Position numbers and translations under genes: made by a program. Below are positions 16,724 through 25,000 of a stretch of DNA of 31,921 bases, piece by piece. The stretch comes from a virus (Duplodnaviria; Caudoviricetes). A model generated the notes under the pieces. That model saw only the letters and a program-made list of their open reading frames with translations. It searched no databases and was not told the DNA's origin. The DNA lies in the IMG/VR virus record IMGVR_UViG_3300012017_001163, positions 1 to 31,921 of that record, one strand, 5' to 3'. Position 1 is the stretch's first letter; each line of letters opens with the position of its first letter.

Positions 16724-17434
16724 TCAGATCGTAGAAGAAGCTTTTTTAGTTTCCAAATTTCTCTCAATTTCATAAATTCCTTTTAATTCCTTTTTTAAAT
16801 ACAAGTTAATCCAAGTGGCATCGACAATATCATCAATGGGTTTATTTACCTGTTTGGCTTTAGTTACCCATTCTTCTTTGTTGTGTGCTAGCATCTTAGT
16901 AAATACATCTAAATTTGTTTCATCTTCTTTAAAATTACATAGAGCTTCATAAAGCTCATCTTTTTTAGCATTGCCCTTTAATGCAAACTTTTTTATACTG
17001 GTTGGCGAGAAAACATAAAAAGAATTTACTCCGATATCTTTAATTATTCTTTCCCTTAGTAACGAAGTTGCCATAGAAATATCTATTAGGGCATTCCCGT
17101 TTGAGGAGAAACTTAAACCCTCCATAGCCACGCTAAAATTTGAATCCCCCATTATTCTCTTAACGCTATCCCAGAGCTCGTCTACGATGTTTAAAAAGTA
17201 ACATATCTTCATTCTTTCCCTTCCGCTGTAGTCATCAGGTAAATCTTCTTTCCCTATAAAGGTCAGAATAAAATTAGGATCACAATCTAACCAGTAATAT
17301 GGTTTCTTTGTATTTTTAATAAGTGATTCCATTGATCTCTCTGATCTAGTCACTGATCCCCATGTATATACACCATCTTTAAAACAACAGAAAGCGGGTG
17401 AATTAATTGAAAAATCTATCCCTACTAAATTCAT
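16724..17434 (-). CDS. RuvC-like (RNase H fold) Holliday junction resolvase
   Basis: LVGIDFS, VAMEG, PTSIKKFA-x-KGNAKK, DDIVDA: the RuvC acidic tetrad pattern. Confidence 0.8.
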   Translation of the reverse strand: MNLVGIDFSINSPAFCCFKDGVYTWGSVTRSERSMESLIKNTKKPYYWLDCDPNFILTFIGKEDLPDDYSGRERMKICYFLNIVDELWDSVKRIMGDSNFSVAMEGLSFSSNGNALIDISMATSLLRERIIKDIGVNSFYVFSPTSIKKFALKGNAKKDELYEALCNFKEDETNLDVFTKMLAHNKEEWVTKAKQVNKPIDDIVDATWINLYLKKELKGIYEIERNLETKKASSTI

Positions 17435-17439
17435 TAAAA

Positions 17440-17679
17440 TTATAGACTAGGAGGAACTATTTTCTGACCGGTGCTTCCAGTATAACCATATACTTGGGAA
17501 AGCTTATCGTAGCACTTCTTCATCTGTTCGTCACTTAAACAGTTAACTAGATCGTTCAAAACTCTTTGGTCGTTTCCTGATGCTGCTACTAATAAATTTT
17601 TCATACGATCCTTTTCCGTGAAAAGCGGTTGGGCGTATTTCATTTCATTCATTTCCTGTAATTCTGAATACTTTTTCAT
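17440..17679 (-). CDS. Hypothetical protein with leader MKKYSELQEMNE
   Basis: 79 aa; GATATATA upstream. Confidence 0.7.
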   Translation of the reverse strand: MKKYSELQEMNEMKYAQPLFTEKDRMKNLLVAASGNDQRVLNDLVNCLSDEQMKKCYDKLSQVYGYTGSTGQKIVPPSL

Positions 17680-17697
17680 TTCTTTCCTTATTTGATC

Positions 17698-17705
17698 TAT
17701 ATATC
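17698..17705 (-). promoter_or_regulatory. GATATATA motif, putative late promoter
   Basis: Exact 8-mer 18 nt upstream of ATG 17679. Confidence 0.55.
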
Positions 17706-18254
17706 TTACTTAGCTTCCAATTTTATATCTAGGTAATTGAACTTAAAGCCCATTGTAAAATTAGCATCCTGAGCTGAATTTGAAGTGTAAGCAAACTGAA
17801 GCTCTGAAAAAGAAGATAAAATTGGCTTCTGAAATGTTGCGGAAACCACTATGTTTCCTTCGCTGTCCATAATTCTTAGAGGAAGATCCTGTATAAATAC
17901 CTGTTCTTGTGAAAAATTAACGTACCATAGAATCGTATCTAGGAGAATAAAGTAATTTATAAACCCATCAACTAATCTAAATTGCACGCTAAGATCATTA
18001 GTAAACAAATCCTGGATAGGAGTAGATCCTCTATAAGTGACTTTTTTACCCAAAGGCCTTATTTGTTCTACCGAATCTAGCTGTAATCCAGGGAAGCTAA
18101 TAGTTTGAATAGTGCTATTAACATACTGAGTTAAACTATCATATGGGATTGGTTGTTTCTTAAGATAGGGCAAATACTTATTAACTATAATTTCAGGAAA
18201 AAATCCTTTAGGAAATTGAAAGAAAAAACTATTTTGTTTTGGATTAAGTAGCAT
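17706..18254 (-). CDS. T4 gp3-like tail tube terminator / tail-tube-fold protein
   Basis: IQTISFPG...DLSVQF...LRIMDSEGNIVVSATFQKPILSSFSELQFAYT resembles the T4 gp3 C-terminal half (LYILDN...INFYKPWVSDLSEVEFSYT); similar length. Confidence 0.65.
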   Translation of the reverse strand: MLLNPKQNSFFFQFPKGFFPEIIVNKYLPYLKKQPIPYDSLTQYVNSTIQTISFPGLQLDSVEQIRPLGKKVTYRGSTPIQDLFTNDLSVQFRLVDGFINYFILLDTILWYVNFSQEQVFIQDLPLRIMDSEGNIVVSATFQKPILSSFSELQFAYTSNSAQDANFTMGFKFNYLDIKLEAK

Positions 18255-18267
18255 GCTTACCTTTTTA

Positions 18268-20493
18268 TTATATATTATTTAATGTTGCTGGTAAAAGAAT
18301 TCCATATGCAGCTTTTTTAAACTCTTCCCTGGTTAATCCAGGATATTTGGCGAACCCCGGTTCAAGAGGATTTAAGAAGTAATTAATAATGAAAGCGTCT
18401 GACTTTCCGCTATCATGAAGTCCTAATATATCTGCAGATAAAGCGATTATTTGCGCATCGCTCAATGCTGCGTTTATTGGGTTTTTGATGGGTACCTTAG
18501 TATCAGAAGCTGGTTTAATCACCTTAATTGAAGGGGTAGCAGGTGATTCTAATTCTTTAGTAAATACTATACCACTAGTTTCAGGTGTGGGAGTTAAAAC
18601 TGTTGTTCCTCCGGTTGCGCCTGTTAAGAAATCCTCCTCTCCCTCTTTCTTCCAGTAACCCCAATACATAACAGAACTTGTGTTATTTGTTGAAGCCTTT
18701 ATATTATTACCATTTTCAAATACCGATTTAATTGCTTTTTGTACATTTTTTTTCAAATCAATATTAACGGCTCTTCCTTTATTATTTGTAATTTTTTCCG
18801 GAGGGTTTATTGTAGTTCCGTTGGTAATAAAGAATCTCCTATCTATTACTTGAAGTATTTGTGTTGATATGGATTCATCTATTTTAAAAGCTAATTCACC
18901 TTTAACTGGATTAGCTAAATTCTTATCATCCAATGAAGGAACTTGTATTTTATTTCCTTTCGGATTAATAAAAGAAATATTAAATTTACCGGAATTACTA
19001 AGATCTATCTCAACTGGATCTCCTGATGGCCCGCTTTTTACAAAAGAGAACTTATAAAAGTTATCAAAAGGAGATATGGAAAATGTTAATTTTCCAGTAC
19101 CATATGCTGTAGTTTCGCCAGCACCTTCCTCAGAACTTAATTTATTATTAACAAATTTTAGACTACTTGCTGTTGCTGTAACAAAATTTTGATCCACGAA
19201 AATATTCACATATTTAACTATTTCTTTAGCTCTAATATTTGTAGATCCACCGGATACATTTATTTGCGGTTGACTATAAACTCTATTGTATATTTTCTGA
19301 ACCTGCGGAAAATTACTAAGCTGTAACGGGGTTATATTTGTGCCCCATTGTGAAGGATTGTTTGATGTGTAGGTAGATATTCTGGTAATTCTAGATTGAT
19401 TTATGCTGTTTATTAAAGACATAGTATATCTCAGCATAAAACTAACAGCAACTCCTGCATTTTTAACAATAGGTCTATAGTAATTAGGTGAGTCATATGC
19501 TGTAGTCTGAATTGATTGAAACTGCGATGTTTTTATTAAAGCTGCTCCAATTTGCTCAAGTACCTCTATCTCGTGGCTGATATAATATCCATTTCCTATT
19601 GAGTTTTGAAAAAGTATAAAATCTTCAACGAACCCCTCGTTATCAGTTGCATAATACTCAAAAAATTGACCCTGATCAGATTCCTTTATTTCTGCTCCTA
19701 TATTAGAAAATGGGTCTTCCTGTTCTAAAGATAAAGTAGATATTTTGGCAGTGTTATATCTTTCGTAGCCATTAAAATCAACAATATTTTGAATCTGCCA
19801 TGCATTTATTCTAAGTGGAGCACCATATACAAATCCTTCTCCGCTTTTGCTTATTAAAGAAGCTAGTGTCTGAGTTTTAAATGCACCGGAAGCAACTAAG
19901 TACTTGTCCCCCATATCTTTGAGATTAGGTATTTTAATCTCAAAGTATTTGTCGTAAATATTTGCTCCTATATTTATAGGGCTTGAATTTAAAACATAAA
20001 ACTGCTGAGATCCTTTTTTAATTACTATTTGAGATACAGTAACATAAGATAAATCCTGGTCTTGATATTCTATAGACATGACAATTCCGTCTATATTGTT
20101 TAAGTTATAACCTGCTCTTATGTGATACCTTACCGTATCATAAACAATAAACAAATTAGAGGGAAATGTTATAGGAAGTCCCGATGTATTAGTTAATTCG
20201 TCACTATAGTCATTAAAGGGTATGATAAGATTAGAATCCAGAGTTACAAAAGAGGATTCGCTTATTTTAACAACACTGTCATCTGCAGTATTATGGGTAA
20301 TTGAATAATCAACACCTGGATTAAAAATTTGGATATTATTGTTTAAGTATCCGTTCACTAGTTTTTCGTAGCCCACCGTGGTTGTTCCCGTATTTACAAA
20401 GTAAGATTCAGGGGTAGGTTCATCAGCATACATATACTCCATTAATAAATACGGGGTAATTTGAACAAATTTAGATGTTGTAGTAAAAGCCAT
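18268..20493 (-). CDS. Putative virion structural protein
   Basis: 741 aa, beta-rich composition, within the tail gene block; no recognised motif. Confidence 0.6.
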   Translation of the reverse strand: MAFTTTSKFVQITPYLLMEYMYADEPTPESYFVNTGTTTVGYEKLVNGYLNNNIQIFNPGVDYSITHNTADDSVVKISESSFVTLDSNLIIPFNDYSDELTNTSGLPITFPSNLFIVYDTVRYHIRAGYNLNNIDGIVMSIEYQDQDLSYVTVSQIVIKKGSQQFYVLNSSPINIGANIYDKYFEIKIPNLKDMGDKYLVASGAFKTQTLASLISKSGEGFVYGAPLRINAWQIQNIVDFNGYERYNTAKISTLSLEQEDPFSNIGAEIKESDQGQFFEYYATDNEGFVEDFILFQNSIGNGYYISHEIEVLEQIGAALIKTSQFQSIQTTAYDSPNYYRPIVKNAGVAVSFMLRYTMSLINSINQSRITRISTYTSNNPSQWGTNITPLQLSNFPQVQKIYNRVYSQPQINVSGGSTNIRAKEIVKYVNIFVDQNFVTATASSLKFVNNKLSSEEGAGETTAYGTGKLTFSISPFDNFYKFSFVKSGPSGDPVEIDLSNSGKFNISFINPKGNKIQVPSLDDKNLANPVKGELAFKIDESISTQILQVIDRRFFITNGTTINPPEKITNNKGRAVNIDLKKNVQKAIKSVFENGNNIKASTNNTSSVMYWGYWKKEGEEDFLTGATGGTTVLTPTPETSGIVFTKELESPATPSIKVIKPASDTKVPIKNPINAALSDAQIIALSADILGLHDSGKSDAFIINYFLNPLEPGFAKYPGLTREEFKKAAYGILLPATLNNI

Positions 20494-20501
20494 TTTTTAA
20501 T

Positions 20502-21335
20502 TTATTTTCCGAATTGCAAAAATCTAGGAGAGTAATGAAATCCAATACCAACATAAATTCCTGTGTTTATGCCGCTGACTCCTAGATTAGCACCATATCC
20601 TATATTTAATCCTAATCCAAATTGTTTTCTAGAAGATTTTATTAACTTTCTAGTTTCAGGATTATCTGTAATGTCGAATGAATTAATCTCACTAAAAGTT
20701 AAATTAGGGAATGTAGTGCTTACCCTTGTCATTATTCTTTTAGTTTTTGGCTCCATATAAACACCGGTAACTATATCAATACTTTGTTCTATATCTAGAG
20801 TTGTTCCGCCCGGGATTATCTCTGCAAAATATTTTGTTGAATCTATAGAATCTTTTAATATATTAACAGAATATGGTACTTTACCTGAGATCTTCAATTT
20901 ATTTTTTCCTTTTAATTCGGGATTATGTAAAAAAGTAATAGATTCACTTCCATCTGGATCCTTTTCCACCGTGGAAGCTATATTATTAATTACTTCCCTG
21001 TACTCAACAATATATTGAATAACCGTCTTTGGTGTTGTTCCTCTCCCGTTGCTATTTAGATCCAGTTGTTTAATCGTATTCTTTTGGTCCTGCGTCAATT
21101 CACTAACTTTTACCTGAAAAGCTGATTTCTCATATATTGCATGATCCCTTTCCTTTTTAATTGTTCTGACCGAATCTATCGAAGCTAAATAATTATTATG
21201 CTCTCTTTTAGCTTCTTTTTCTGCATCGTTAGCCACACCACATTGTCTTAAAAAAAGTAGGATTAAAACAACTATTGCTATTAGCATAAATCCCCTCGAG
21301 GTTATAAAATCTGTTATTTTTTTAATTTTTTCCAT
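20502..21335 (-). CDS. Membrane-anchored coiled-coil protein with C-terminal Gly/aromatic beta-hairpin (spanin-like candidate)
   Basis: Hydrophobic FMLIAIVVLILLFL followed by RQC, a coiled coil, and C-terminal FGLGLNIGYG...GIYVGIGFHY. Confidence 0.6.
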   Translation of the reverse strand: MEKIKKITDFITSRGFMLIAIVVLILLFLRQCGVANDAEKEAKREHNNYLASIDSVRTIKKERDHAIYEKSAFQVKVSELTQDQKNTIKQLDLNSNGRGTTPKTVIQYIVEYREVINNIASTVEKDPDGSESITFLHNPELKGKNKLKISGKVPYSVNILKDSIDSTKYFAEIIPGGTTLDIEQSIDIVTGVYMEPKTKRIMTRVSTTFPNLTFSEINSFDITDNPETRKLIKSSRKQFGLGLNIGYGANLGVSGINTGIYVGIGFHYSPRFLQFGK

Positions 21336-21336
21336 T

Positions 21337-21600
21337 TTAAACTATTTCTTTTTTTTTGTTATCAACCCTCCAATTTAAAGTTAGCGGATCTAATATTCCT
21401 TCCCCGTATTTATCGGAGAGAGTAGAAATGAAAAGATGCTCTACTTCTCTGCAAGATTCTAGCTCCTTTATAAGGGAAGAAGCTTCCAATTTTAGATCAT
21501 TAATCCTTCCTTCTATTTTAATTATTTTCTGGTGTATATCCACGAATTTTTCAGATATATTAATTATTTTTTCTCTCTCCTTATTAGTTAAATTTTTCAT
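21337..21600 (-). CDS. Small coiled-coil hypothetical protein
   Basis: 87 aa, heptad pattern ending in LSDKYGEGILD; TATAAATA at 21603-21610 upstream. Confidence 0.7.
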   Translation of the reverse strand: MKNLTNKEREKIINISEKFVDIHQKIIKIEGRINDLKLEASSLIKELESCREVEHLFISTLSDKYGEGILDPLTLNWRVDNKKKEIV

Positions 21601-21627
21601 AGTATTTATATTTAAATTAGTTAATTA

Positions 21628-23301
21628 TCATGCTGATGTACTTGCAGGTGGAGTTGATGTCGGGGGTGAGGTTATTGCATAAACATTACCCATATTTACG
21701 TATCCGCTAGTCCCGTTACATGTCTTATAAAAAATTCTAGGATTTGGGTTATATGAATTAGCAGGGGGAAGATATGTGATGTCAACGAATCTACAGTTCT
21801 GATCAGATGTTGGATTAAAATTAACATATTGATAACATCCAGTAGATGCTGTGTTAGAATAATAAAAAACTATTCCCTTTATAAATAGCGTTAAGGGGTT
21901 AGCACTTAAATCATCTAATATTATCCTATAAGGATTGACGTGAGATGCAGAATAGATACCTTCCAAATTCGATAAATATGAAGATGGAATTTCTAAATAG
22001 ATTGAATTTAGAGATGCATTAGTTCTGGATGTCGGTGATATAACAGTAACGTTATTAGCGAATCTAATAATCTGAAAAATATTCTGTATTGTCGATGGTG
22101 TTCCTGTACAATTGTTTTGTGCAGTCCTAACACTTGACCTAGATGTAGTCGCGGATTTTGAAAGGGATACTTTTGATACATGATAAGTATAAGGACCAGC
22201 GGTTGCACCAGCGGATGATCCGGTTGAACCGAATATTGTCTGAGCCATATCTCCCGCAGTACTAGATGATGATGAAGGTCTTGCAGATAAAACAGCAGAA
22301 CCGGAGAGATCTTTTAATTGGAAAATTCGATCAGCCTGACCTCCCGAAACCTCTAATTTTATTCCTCCGTTTTCGATGATGCTAGCGGGACTAGAATTTA
22401 AGGCGTACCCCCCGGTAGATCCGAAGTTATATGTTCTTATATAAAAAGACGAACTTGCTATGAATTGAGTTGTTGTAATACTCAATCTACTAGAATTAAC
22501 TATCAAAGAAGAACCAGCCCCAATTGTCGTATTTGCATTAAAACTTAAATTCCCGTTACCAGTAAAGTATGCTCTGCTTTGTGAATTTATTATTGCCTTG
22601 TATGAATCTAATAATATTCTTCCATTTGTTGCGGTATTAACCTTTAATGAGAGATACGAAACAACATTTAAATTACCAGCCGATTCTAGGATTAAATTAT
22701 TTGAATTACCAAGGGAATCCCAGTAGAATGAAGGAAAGCCAGAAGAAGAAGATCCAGATTTCAAAAAAGAAAATAAGGGTCTAGTTACTTGATCAGCAAC
22801 AGAAACAACTAGCTTAGATTTATTTGGGTTCGAATCTAGTGTAGATAAGGAGGAATCGCCGACAACAAAAGAATAAGCAGAAGGTAAACCAGGTAAAGTA
22901 TCCTTAAATCCTATGACATATTTATCAGTAACCCCTGCTGGACCTTCTATCCCGTTATATAGTTTAAAATATAATGAATTATAAAAATTAAATCCTGTAA
23001 AATTCCAAGATCCAGTTGCGCTATAAGAATCCAGGTCTCCGTCATCTTTTATCCATAGGTCATATTCTACAGATTCATAAGGTTGGTTCCCCCCTGAATC
23101 CCATTTATTACCTCTAGGTCCGCTTAATCCAGTTGCTCCTTTTTTACCAGCAGGCCCAAATATACCGGTAGCCCCTTTTGGTCCCATATGTCCATCAGGA
23201 CCGACACCAAAAGATAATATCTGATCGAAATTATAATTGACCTTATTAATTACCTCATTTTTAGAGTCATCCTGAAATATTTGTTTAGTATTAAGTTTCA
23301 T
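21628..23301 (-). CDS. Tail fibre-like protein with collagen-like segment (paralogue 3)
   Basis: KVNYNF, 11 Gly-X-Y triplets, then RGNKW; Ser/Thr/Gly-rich beta body. Confidence 0.7.
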   Translation of the reverse strand: MKLNTKQIFQDDSKNEVINKVNYNFDQILSFGVGPDGHMGPKGATGIFGPAGKKGATGLSGPRGNKWDSGGNQPYESVEYDLWIKDDGDLDSYSATGSWNFTGFNFYNSLYFKLYNGIEGPAGVTDKYVIGFKDTLPGLPSAYSFVVGDSSLSTLDSNPNKSKLVVSVADQVTRPLFSFLKSGSSSSGFPSFYWDSLGNSNNLILESAGNLNVVSYLSLKVNTATNGRILLDSYKAIINSQSRAYFTGNGNLSFNANTTIGAGSSLIVNSSRLSITTTQFIASSSFYIRTYNFGSTGGYALNSSPASIIENGGIKLEVSGGQADRIFQLKDLSGSAVLSARPSSSSSTAGDMAQTIFGSTGSSAGATAGPYTYHVSKVSLSKSATTSRSSVRTAQNNCTGTPSTIQNIFQIIRFANNVTVISPTSRTNASLNSIYLEIPSSYLSNLEGIYSASHVNPYRIILDDLSANPLTLFIKGIVFYYSNTASTGCYQYVNFNPTSDQNCRFVDITYLPPANSYNPNPRIFYKTCNGTSGYVNMGNVYAITSPPTSTPPASTSA

Positions 23302-23303
23302 AT

Positions 23304-24971
23304 TTAAGCTGTAGCATTATAAGTTGAAAGAACCCCACATTTGGCTCCGGTTAATCCACCTCCCCATGCAGAGTAATATGCTTTAAACCATCTTCTTGTT
23401 CCGGATGTTCCACCTGTTCCTTGTATATTAACTATAGTAAAATCTATTGTGGAAGCACCGACGAAGCTACTTCCAGTTAAATCTGCATATGAGTAATTAG
23501 AAGATGCAGTATTATTCGGAGCTAAGGCTTGATTTTCTGATGTATTTAGACCAACATATCTAAAAAGTTCACCCGTAGCTGCTGAGTTATTTGCATGAAC
23601 TCTTAGATTTATAGCTTCTCCACTTTCTAGTAGATTAAGCCAGCCTTTATTATAAATCGAACCAGTTCCGCCGGTTGCTGGTGTCCATAGACAAACCCCC
23701 CGTTGATTACCAGTCGATGATGTTCTAGCTGTAGGTATATCACTTCCCCTATTAACCCAAACATAATTTCCGGTCCCGACTGAAGTAGCAACAGTAGGGA
23801 TTAGAGTTATCCAGTCTATAGTAACAGCGCTAACGATGGAGGTTACTGTGGAATTTAGAGTTTGTGTATTTTGTATCGTATTCACTTTACGGAAAAGATA
23901 AACTAATCCATTCCCATATACATTAAAGATATCACCTTGACCTGATATCTGTCTCACGTTTATTAAAGTTGCAAGAGATGTACTTGATCCTGCGTAATAA
24001 TATCTAATCCCATTATCATAAAAATTATCACATTGTATAGTGAGTGCTGGTAGATTAGAATTAGTTTGGAAATTAAGTTGAAGTGGTATTGTAAATAGAT
24101 TACCATTATAGGAAAAGTTATTAGTCGAAAAATATGCTGTTCCTGTCCCCGTGTTAAATGTTATACCATTTGATAAATTAAAAATTAGTTGATCTTGAGT
24201 GGATGATGAATTTATATTTATACCAGTAGAACTAAATTCAACAGATCCCGATGTGGATCGAAATAATGAATCCGCAGTTGTTCTAAATGTTGTGCTTCCT
24301 CCGTTTTTAAAACCTAAACCATAAGATCCTCTTTCTGCGGTAGCCCCTTGTAACCAATAAAATTTTGGTGTTCCTGAACTATATAAAACAGAAGATTGAT
24401 ATATTCCTTTATTAAATTCCATAATATTCTTACTGGCATCATTACCGTAAATAGATACGACCATCTTAGTATATTGTGGATTTGATACAGTATTAGGGGA
24501 TGCTAGATTTCCGCTAACTATCGTGGCATCACTTAAAACCATTGTATAAGATATAGGTTCACCGGAGAAAAGAAAATAGCCATACTTTGTAGATGGACCA
24601 GAAGAAGTATTTATAGGTCCAATAACATCAAATAAATCATTCGATAAAGCATAAACACCGTATAAGGACCATATATCATTAGAAAAAACATATACTGCGT
24701 TATTATCATCAGTGTTCATCCAATAATCACCATTAATACCAGAGCTAGGTTGGGATGGGCCTATCGTCCAAACAGATCCTCTTAATCCTAGATCTCCGTA
24801 TGATCCAACAGGACCAACTAATCCATTAAATCCCTGGGGACCTTCAGATCCAATTCTTCCATATGGTCCACCCCCATAGGCTAAAATCTCCTGGAAGTTG
24901 TAATTTACCTTATTGGAAATATTCTTTTGAGAATCCCCGTCCTCTATTCTAAGAAGTTTTAATTCAGGCAT
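23304..24971 (-). CDS. Tail fibre-like protein with collagen-like segment (paralogue 2)
   Basis: KVNYNF, 11 Gly-X-Y triplets, then RGSVW...GDYW. Confidence 0.7.
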   Translation of the reverse strand: MPELKLLRIEDGDSQKNISNKVNYNFQEILAYGGGPYGRIGSEGPQGFNGLVGPVGSYGDLGLRGSVWTIGPSQPSSGINGDYWMNTDDNNAVYVFSNDIWSLYGVYALSNDLFDVIGPINTSSGPSTKYGYFLFSGEPISYTMVLSDATIVSGNLASPNTVSNPQYTKMVVSIYGNDASKNIMEFNKGIYQSSVLYSSGTPKFYWLQGATAERGSYGLGFKNGGSTTFRTTADSLFRSTSGSVEFSSTGININSSSTQDQLIFNLSNGITFNTGTGTAYFSTNNFSYNGNLFTIPLQLNFQTNSNLPALTIQCDNFYDNGIRYYYAGSSTSLATLINVRQISGQGDIFNVYGNGLVYLFRKVNTIQNTQTLNSTVTSIVSAVTIDWITLIPTVATSVGTGNYVWVNRGSDIPTARTSSTGNQRGVCLWTPATGGTGSIYNKGWLNLLESGEAINLRVHANNSAATGELFRYVGLNTSENQALAPNNTASSNYSYADLTGSSFVGASTIDFTIVNIQGTGGTSGTRRWFKAYYSAWGGGLTGAKCGVLSTYNATA

Positions 24972-24992
24972 TTTGTATTTTTTTTACTATAT

Positions 24993-25000
24993 TATATATC
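24993..25000 (-). promoter_or_regulatory. GATATATA motif, putative late promoter
   Basis: Exact 8-mer 21 nt upstream of ATG 24971, overlapping the previous stop; precedes a structural gene. Confidence 0.55.

Noticed and set aside
9787-21682. Plus-strand ORFs 9787, 10816, 11840, 13480, 14258, 14604, 15090, 18869, 20563 and 21356
   Set aside because: Antisense shadows lying almost entirely within motif-bearing or operonic minus-strand genes.
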